Shown here: positions 1 through 7,656 of the stretch, in pieces | How positions within the stretch are numbered: position 1 is the first letter of the stretch | Layout: each line of letters starts with the position of its first letter | Source of the DNA: Selaginella moellendorffii | Taxonomy: Eukaryota > Plantae > Lycopodiophyta | NCBI RefSeq assembly: GCF_000143415.4 | Contig: NW_003314659.1 | Span: 1-7,669 of the forward strand | Length of the DNA stretch: 7,669 nt | Direction: 5' to 3' | Notes under the pieces: model-generated | What the model saw: the letters and a program-made list of their open reading frames with translations, nothing else | Database searches by the model: none | Told to the model about the DNA's origin: nothing | Translations under genes and position numbers: made by a program

Positions 1-1248
1 GGCAAGATCCATGGCTCGGTTTGCGGTGGGACTTGAACCGTTGGAAAGCTTGCGTGAGTCCACCCGTTTCCCAGAAACGGATCTGGATTTCGTCGCTCCA
101 CCGGCCCGCACCATTGCGATGGGTTTGACGCTGGGTTTTCGAGCGAGTGGGCAACATCCATGGCTCGGTTTGCGGTGGGACTTGAACCGTTGGAAAGCTT
201 GCGTGAGTCCACCCGTTTCCACAGAAACGGATCCCGATTTCGTTGCTCCACCGTCCCACACCATTGCAATGGGTTTTGTGCTGTTCCCGTTGCCATATCT
301 CGTGGACCGTGGGCCCCCTTTCGCCCTTGGGCACATGGGAGCAACTGGGGCGGTGCGCGCAACTGGCCCATGTGGCCAAGTACATTTTTCCATGTCCTGG
401 GCGCCTGCTTTTGTGGTTTTTCCCACGGAAGAAGATGCGTCCCACGTGGCGATCCGTGTGCCCGCCCGCACTCCGGCACCAACGGGGCCGGCCGGCGTGA
501 CGCCCCGGTCGCGGCCGTGCCAACGGATCGCGGGCCCCATGCGTGGGCTGCCGCCGGGAGTGCATCTCACTCTCGAGGAAAACACCGCACTGGCGCTCGG
601 GCCTGCACTGGAACGCGACCCCAGGAGCGCCGTGGCGAAGCCCGCGTCGAGGGCATCGATCCGAATTGGCTGGGCCCCCCATGCCATGCTGGCACCGTGC
701 GTGCCTTGTCGAAAACGGCACACCCTTGCGACCGCTGGGCGAAAGGGGCAAACCCCGAGAGGTCCTTGCACCTCCTGTCACTGGGGAGGGTGCCCCCCAC
801 GAACACGAACCCAACGGCGCCAGTCCCACGCGAAACGCACGCACGGTTCGCGAGAAAACGGCCCCCAACGCCCGCATTCTCCATTATTCCGAGAGAATAT
901 TCCCTCCACTACTTAAATTGTGCCAAAAAGAGGTGGCTCCGGGTGGGTCTCGACCCAGGGACCTATTTGAGTGGACTTGTTTTTAGATTGGGGGTCTCTG
1001 CCACTAGGCCTCTACCACCTCTCCGTTACATATTTCGTGTCGGTTAAATTTATTGGGTTTGTGGGGGAGGGGGTTTAACTAGCAAAGGGCGATTATGGGG
1101 AGCGCTTAGTGCGATTAAGTGGGGCTTAAGTTGGGGCAATCGCGGCCGTCGGTGCGGTGGGGTGGTTGACCGGCGGCGATGAGTTTGACCGGCGGTCCCC
1201 GTGACACGTGGCTAGGGCTAGGGTCTGGATATGGGTTTTGCGCGAGTG
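1..1248. repeat. Unit 1, long (L) type, 1248 bp
   Basis: Has both 150-bp subrepeats. One A is missing at about 71-72 (TTTCCCAGAAA versus TTTCCACAGAAA in other copies). Confidence 0.97.
1089..1223 (+). repeat. Cluster of short G-rich direct repeats, present in every full unit
   Basis: GCGATTATGGGG 1089-1100, GCGATTAAGTGGGG 1111-1124 and GCTTAAGTTGGGG 1124-1136; TTGACCGGCGG at 1166-1176 and 1185-1195; GCTAGG twice at 1211-1222. Confidence 0.85.
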
Positions 1249-1532
1249 GGCAAGATCCATGGCTCGGTTTGCGGTGGGACTTGAACCGTTGGAAAGCTTG
1301 CGTGAGTCCACCCGTTTCCACAGAAACGGATCTGGATTTCGTCGCTCCACCGGCCCGCACCATTGCGATGGGTTTGACGCTGGGTTTTCGAGCGAGTGGG
1401 CAACATCCATGGCTCGGTTTGCGGTGGGACTTGAACCGTTGGAAAGCTTGCGTGAGTCCACCCGTTTCCACAGAAACGGATCCCGATTTCGTTGCTCCAC
1501 CGTCCCACACCATTGCAATGGGTTTTGTGCTG
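1242..1532. repeat. Internal direct duplication with 150-bp period (copy A 1242-1391, copy B 1392-1532). Also at 1-283, 3589-3879, 5937-6227 and 7186-7476; single chimeric copy at 2491-2631 and 4838-4978
   Basis: 1242-1375 versus 1392-1525 shows 7 mismatches in 134 bp, with a perfectly identical 78-bp core (1255-1332 = 1405-1482). Confidence 0.97.
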
Positions 1533-2497
1533 TTCCCGTTGCCATATCTCGTGGACCGTGGGCCCCCTTTCGCCCTTGGGCACATGGGAGCAACTGGGGC
1601 GGTGCGCGCAACTGGCCCATGTGGCCAAGTACATTTTTCCATGTCCTGGGCGCCTGCTTTTGTGGTTTTTCCCACGGAAGAAGATGCGTCCCACGTGGCG
1701 ATCCGTGTGCCCGCCCGCACTCCGGCACCAACGGGGCCGGCCGGCGTGACGCCCCGGTCGCGGCCGTGCCAACGGATCGCGGGCCCCATGCGTGGGCTGC
1801 CGCCGGGAGTGCATCTCACTCTCGAGGAAAACACCGCACTGGCGCTCGGGCCTGCACTGGAACGCGACCCCAGGAGCGCCGTGGCGAAGCCCGCGTCGAG
1901 GGCATCGATCCGAATTGGCTGGGCCCCCCATGCCATGCTGGCACCGTGCGTGCCTTGTCGAAAACGGCACACCCTTGCGACCGCTGGGCGAAAGGGGCAA
2001 ACCCCGAGAGGTCCTTGCACCTCCTGTCACTGGGGAGGGTGCCCCCCACGAACACGAACCCAACGGCGCCAGTCCCACGCGAAACGCACGCACGGTTCGC
2101 GAGAAAACGGCCCCCAACGCCCGCATTCTCCATTATTCCGAGAGAATATTCCCTCCACTACTTAAATTGTGCCAAAAAGAGGTGGCTCCGGGTGGGTCTC
2201 GACCCAGGGACCTATTTGAGTGGACTTGTTTTTAGATTGGGGGTCTCTGCCACTAGGCCTCTACCACCTCTCCGTTACATATTTCGTGTCGGTTAAATTT
2301 ATTGGGTTTGTGGGGGAGGGGGTTTAACTAGCAAAGGGCGATTATGGGGAGCGCTTAGTGCGATTAAGTGGGGCTTAAGTTGGGGCAATCGCGGCCGTCG
2401 GTGCGGTGGGGTGGTTGACCGGCGGCGATGAGTTTGACCGGCGGTCCCCGTGACACGTGGCTAGGGCTAGGGTCTGGATATGGGTTTTGCGCGAGTG
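1249..2497. repeat. Unit 2, long (L) type, 1249 bp (consensus)
   Basis: Two subrepeats; ORF translations identical to units 4 and 6. Confidence 0.98.
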
Positions 2498-3595
2498 GGC
2501 AAGATCCATGGCTCGGTTTGCGGTGGGACTTGAACCGTTGGAAAGCTTGCGTGAGTCCACCCGTTTCCACAGAAACGGATCCCGATTTCGTTGCTCCACC
2601 GTCCCACAACATTGCAATGTGCTTTGTGCTGTTCCCGATGCCATATCTCGTGGACCGTGGGCCCCCTTTCGCCCTTGGGCACATGGGAGCAACTGGGGCG
2701 GTGCGCGCAACTGGCCCATGTGGCCAAGTACATTTTTCCATGTCCTGGGCGCCTGCTTTTGTGGTTTTTCCCACGGAAGAAGATGCGTCCACGTGGCGAT
2801 CCGTGTGCCCGCCCGCACTCCGGCACCAACGGGGCCGGCCGGCGTGACGCCCCGGTCGCGGCCGTGCCAACGGATCGCGGGCCCCATGCGTGGGCTGCCG
2901 CCGGGAGTGCATCTCACTCTCGAGGAAAACACCGCACTGGCGCTCGGGCCTGCACTGGAACGCGACCCCAGGAGCGCCGTGGCGAAGCCCGCGTCGAGGG
3001 CATCGATCCGAATTGGCTGGGCCCCCCATGCCATGCTGGCACCGTGCGTGCCTTGTCGAAAACGGCACACCCTTGCGACCGCTGGGCGAAAGGGGCAAAC
3101 CCCGAGAGGTCCTTGCACCTCCTGTCACTGGGGAGGGTGCCCCCCACGAACACGAACCCAACGGCGCCAGTCCCACGCGAAACGCACGCACGGTTCGCGA
3201 GAAAACGGCCCCCAACGCCCGCATTCTCCATTATTCCGAGAGAATATTCCCTCCACTACTTAAATTGTGCCAAAAAGAGGTGGCTCCGGGTGGGTCTCGA
3301 CCCAGGGACCTATTTGAGTGGACTTGTTTTTAGATTGGGGGTCTCTGCCACTAGGCCTCTACCACCTCTCCGTTACATATTTCGTGTCGGTTAAATTTAT
3401 TGGGTTTGTGGGGGAGGGGGTTTAACTAGCAAAGGGCGATTATGGGGAGCGCTTAGTGCGATTAAGTGGGGCTTAAGTTGGGGCAATCGCGGCCGTCGGT
3501 GCGGTGGGGTGGTTGACCGGCGGCGATGAGTTTGACCGGCGGTCCCCGTGACACGTGGCTAGGGCTAGGGTCTGGATATGGGTTTTGCGCGAGTG
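2498..3595. repeat. Unit 3, short variant (S'), 1098 bp
   Basis: Single subrepeat. Private substitutions at 2609 (C>A), 2620 (G>T), 2622 (T>C) and 2638 (T>A), plus a 1-bp C deletion at about 2789-2790. Confidence 0.97.
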
Positions 3596-4844
3596 GGCAA
3601 GATCCATGGCTCGGTTTGCGGTGGGACTTGAACCGTTGGAAAGCTTGCGTGAGTCCACCCGTTTCCACAGAAACGGATCTGGATTTCGTCGCTCCACCGG
3701 CCCGCACCATTGCGATGGGTTTGACGCTGGGTTTTCGAGCGAGTGGGCAACATCCATGGCTCGGTTTGCGGTGGGACTTGAACCGTTGGAAAGCTTGCGT
3801 GAGTCCACCCGTTTCCACAGAAACGGATCCCGATTTCGTTGCTCCACCGTCCCACACCATTGCAATGGGTTTTGTGCTGTTCCCGTTGCCATATCTCGTG
3901 GACCGTGGGCCCCCTTTCGCCCTTGGGCACATGGGAGCAACTGGGGCGGTGCGCGCAACTGGCCCATGTGGCCAAGTACATTTTTCCATGTCCTGGGCGC
4001 CTGCTTTTGTGGTTTTTCCCACGGAAGAAGATGCGTCCCACGTGGCGATCCGTGTGCCCGCCCGCACTCCGGCACCAACGGGGCCGGCCGGCGTGACGCC
4101 CCGGTCGCGGCCGTGCCAACGGATCGCGGGCCCCATGCGTGGGCTGCCGCCGGGAGTGCATCTCACTCTCGAGGAAAACACCGCACTGGCGCTCGGGCCT
4201 GCACTGGAACGCGACCCCAGGAGCGCCGTGGCGAAGCCCGCGTCGAGGGCATCGATCCGAATTGGCTGGGCCCCCCATGCCATGCTGGCACCGTGCGTGC
4301 CTTGTCGAAAACGGCACACCCTTGCGACCGCTGGGCGAAAGGGGCAAACCCCGAGAGGTCCTTGCACCTCCTGTCACTGGGGAGGGTGCCCCCCACGAAC
4401 ACGAACCCAACGGCGCCAGTCCCACGCGAAACGCACGCACGGTTCGCGAGAAAACGGCCCCCAACGCCCGCATTCTCCATTATTCCGAGAGAATATTCCC
4501 TCCACTACTTAAATTGTGCCAAAAAGAGGTGGCTCCGGGTGGGTCTCGACCCAGGGACCTATTTGAGTGGACTTGTTTTTAGATTGGGGGTCTCTGCCAC
4601 TAGGCCTCTACCACCTCTCCGTTACATATTTCGTGTCGGTTAAATTTATTGGGTTTGTGGGGGAGGGGGTTTAACTAGCAAAGGGCGATTATGGGGAGCG
4701 CTTAGTGCGATTAAGTGGGGCTTAAGTTGGGGCAATCGCGGCCGTCGGTGCGGTGGGGTGGTTGACCGGCGGCGATGAGTTTGACCGGCGGTCCCCGTGA
4801 CACGTGGCTAGGGCTAGGGTCTGGATATGGGTTTTGCGCGAGTG
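3596..4844. repeat. Unit 4, long (L) type, 1249 bp
   Basis: Matches unit 2 at offset 2347. Confidence 0.98.
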
Positions 4845-5943
4845 GGCAAGATCCATGGCTCGGTTTGCGGTGGGACTTGAACCGTTGGAAAGCTTGCGTG
4901 AGTCCACCCGTTTCCACAGAAACGGATCCCGATTTCGTTGCTCCACCGTCCCACACCATTGCAATGGGTTTTGTGCTGTTCCCGTTGCCATATCTCGTGG
5001 ACCGTGGGCCCCCTTTCGCCCTTGGGCACATGGGAGCAACTGGGGCGGTGCGCGCAACTGGCCCATGTGGCCAAGTACATTTTTCCATGTCCTGGGCGCC
5101 TGCTTTTGTGGTTTTTCCCACGGAAGAAGATGCGTCCCACGTGGCGATCCGTGTGCCCGCCCGCACTCCGGCACCAACGGGGCCGGCCGGCGTGACGCCC
5201 CGGTCGCGGCCGTGCCAACGGATCGCGGGCCCCATGCGTGGGCTGCCGCCGGGAGTGCATCTCACTCTCGAGGAAAACACCGCACTGGCGCTCGGGCCTG
5301 CACTGGAACGCGACCCCAGGAGCGCCGTGGCGAAGCCCGCGTCGAGGGCATCGATCCGAATTGGCTGGGCCCCCCATGCCATGCTGGCACCGTGCGTGCC
5401 TTGTCGAAAACGGCACACCCTTGCGACCGCTGGGCGAAAGGGGCAAACCCCGAGAGGTCCTTGCACCTCCTGTCACTGGGGAGGGTGCCCCCCACGAACA
5501 CGAACCCAACGGCGCCAGTCCCACGCGAAACGCACGCACGGTTCGCGAGAAAACGGCCCCCAACGCCCGCATTCTCCATTATTCCGAGAGAATATTCCCT
5601 CCACTACTTAAATTGTGCCAAAAAGAGGTGGCTCCGGGTGGGTCTCGACCCAGGGACCTATTTGAGTGGACTTGTTTTTAGATTGGGGGTCTCTGCCACT
5701 AGGCCTCTACCACCTCTCCGTTACATATTTCGTGTCGGTTAAATTTATTGGGTTTGTGGGGGAGGGGGTTTAACTAGCAAAGGGCGATTATGGGGAGCGC
5801 TTAGTGCGATTAAGTGGGGCTTAAGTTGGGGCAATCGCGGCCGTCGGTGCGGTGGGGTGGTTGACCGGCGGCGATGAGTTTGACCGGCGGTCCCCGTGAC
5901 ACGTGGCTAGGGCTAGGGTCTGGATATGGGTTTTGCGCGAGTG
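4845..5943. repeat. Unit 5, short (S) type, 1099 bp
   Basis: L consensus minus exactly 150 bp; lacks the private variants of unit 3. Confidence 0.98.
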
Positions 5944-7192
5944 GGCAAGATCCATGGCTCGGTTTGCGGTGGGACTTGAACCGTTGGAAAGCTTGCGTGA
6001 GTCCACCCGTTTCCACAGAAACGGATCTGGATTTCGTCGCTCCACCGGCCCGCACCATTGCGATGGGTTTGACGCTGGGTTTTCGAGCGAGTGGGCAACA
6101 TCCATGGCTCGGTTTGCGGTGGGACTTGAACCGTTGGAAAGCTTGCGTGAGTCCACCCGTTTCCACAGAAACGGATCCCGATTTCGTTGCTCCACCGTCC
6201 CACACCATTGCAATGGGTTTTGTGCTGTTCCCGTTGCCATATCTCGTGGACCGTGGGCCCCCTTTCGCCCTTGGGCACATGGGAGCAACTGGGGCGGTGC
6301 GCGCAACTGGCCCATGTGGCCAAGTACATTTTTCCATGTCCTGGGCGCCTGCTTTTGTGGTTTTTCCCACGGAAGAAGATGCGTCCCACGTGGCGATCCG
6401 TGTGCCCGCCCGCACTCCGGCACCAACGGGGCCGGCCGGCGTGACGCCCCGGTCGCGGCCGTGCCAACGGATCGCGGGCCCCATGCGTGGGCTGCCGCCG
6501 GGAGTGCATCTCACTCTCGAGGAAAACACCGCACTGGCGCTCGGGCCTGCACTGGAACGCGACCCCAGGAGCGCCGTGGCGAAGCCCGCGTCGAGGGCAT
6601 CGATCCGAATTGGCTGGGCCCCCCATGCCATGCTGGCACCGTGCGTGCCTTGTCGAAAACGGCACACCCTTGCGACCGCTGGGCGAAAGGGGCAAACCCC
6701 GAGAGGTCCTTGCACCTCCTGTCACTGGGGAGGGTGCCCCCCACGAACACGAACCCAACGGCGCCAGTCCCACGCGAAACGCACGCACGGTTCGCGAGAA
6801 AACGGCCCCCAACGCCCGCATTCTCCATTATTCCGAGAGAATATTCCCTCCACTACTTAAATTGTGCCAAAAAGAGGTGGCTCCGGGTGGGTCTCGACCC
6901 AGGGACCTATTTGAGTGGACTTGTTTTTAGATTGGGGGTCTCTGCCACTAGGCCTCTACCACCTCTCCGTTACATATTTCGTGTCGGTTAAATTTATTGG
7001 GTTTGTGGGGGAGGGGGTTTAACTAGCAAAGGGCGATTATGGGGAGCGCTTAGTGCGATTAAGTGGGGCTTAAGTTGGGGCAATCGCGGCCGTCGGTGCG
7101 GTGGGGTGGTTGACCGGCGGCGATGAGTTTGACCGGCGGTCCCCGTGACACGTGGCTAGGGCTAGGGTCTGGATATGGGTTTTGCGCGAGTG
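5944..7192. repeat. Unit 6, long (L) type, 1249 bp
   Basis: Matches unit 2 at offset 4695. Confidence 0.98.
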
Positions 7193-7554
7193 GGCAAGAT
7201 CCATGGCTCGGTTTGCGGTGGGACTTGAACCGTTGGAAAGCTTGCGTGAGTCCACCCGTTTCCACAGAAACGGATCTGGATTTCGTCGCTCCACCGGCCC
7301 GCACCATTGCGATGGGTTTGACGCTGGGTTTTCGAGCGAGTGGGCAACATCCATGGCTCGGTTTGCGGTGGGACTTGAACCGTTGGAAAGCTTGCGTGAG
7401 TCCACCCGTTTCCACAGAAACGGATCCCGATTTCGTTGCTCCACCGTCCCACACCATTGCAATGGGTTTTGTGCTGTTCCCGTTGCCATATCTCGTGGAC
7501 CGTGGGCCCCCTTTCGCCCTTGGGCACATGGGAGCAACTGGGGCGGTGCGCGCA
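7193..7554. repeat. Unit 7, long type, truncated after 362 bp (array end)
   Basis: Matches the consensus up to GGTGCGCGCA (7554), then reads CTCTAG instead of ACTGGC. Confidence 0.97.
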
Positions 7555-7620
7555 CTCTAGTTTCTCCCTACCATCGGTTTTTGGACGGCACTGCCGTCTT
7601 TAAAGGGACGGAATATAGGT

Positions 7621-7622
<2 letters not shown>
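7555..7622. other. Unique 68-bp flank with overlapping inverted repeats
   Basis: No extended match to the unit. Contains GACGGCA-C-TGCCGTC (7584-7598) and CCGTCTT-TAAA-GGGACGG (7594-7611). Confidence 0.85.

Positions 7623-7656
<34 letters not shown>

Larger units (their letters stand above)
1..7554. repeat. Tandem array (macrosatellite-like) of 1249/1099-bp units, about 6.3 copies, open at the left window edge
   Basis: The anchor GGCAAGATCCATGG recurs at 1, 1249, 2498, 3596, 4845, 5944 and 7193 (spacings 1248, 1249, 1098, 1249, 1099, 1249). Identical ORF translations recur with the same periods. Confidence 0.99.

Noticed and set aside
811-822. LTR-retrotransposon primer-binding site TGGCGCCGTT on the minus strand (tandem TRIM model)
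   Set aside because: It is not preceded by an LTR ending in CA, tRNA complementarity does not extend convincingly, and no TG...CA LTR or clear polypurine-tract junction is seen.
876-898. CRESS-DNA origin stem-loop (ATTCTC-CATTATTCCGA-GAGAAT)
   Set aside because: The nonamer CATTATTCC lacks the conserved A of NANTATTAC, the stem is only 6 bp, and there is no Rep ORF.
575-970. RNase P RNA-like words (GAGGAAA, GGCAAACCCC, CCACCCGGAGC)
   Set aside because: The words are on mixed strands and in the wrong order, and no P4 helix is present.
1210-1223. Telomeric repeat (CTAGGG)n
   Set aside because: There are only two copies of a non-canonical hexamer.
1-1248. Viroid-like or retrozyme concatemer with self-cleaving ribozymes
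   Set aside because: I found no hammerhead CTGANGA core on either strand. GCCAGTCCCACGC (about 819-831) resembles a twister loop but lacks the closing stem. No HDV-like fold was found by eye. An Infernal search would be decisive.
1314-1322. DnaA box (GTTTCCACA)
   Set aside because: It is an 8/9 match with one or two copies per unit and no bacterial context.
1406-1506. Intact tRNA gene on the minus strand
   Set aside because: The T-stem and acceptor stem do not pair, so it is kept only as a box-like motif.
1242-1532. CRISPR array
   Set aside because: There are no 23-50 bp repeats separated by unique spacers; all intervening sequence is itself repeated.
1-7554. 5S rRNA, snRNA or spliced-leader gene array, or kinetoplast minicircle
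   Set aside because: I found no 5S, U1/U2/U6 or spliced-leader signatures and no GGGGTTGGTGTA universal minicircle sequence on either strand.
11-7560. The many 85-362 aa ORFs as protein-coding genes
   Set aside because: They overlap in up to five or six frames, are Arg/Pro/Gly/Ala-rich with no recognisable domain, are frameshifted in units 1 and 3, and are explained by the TpA desert.
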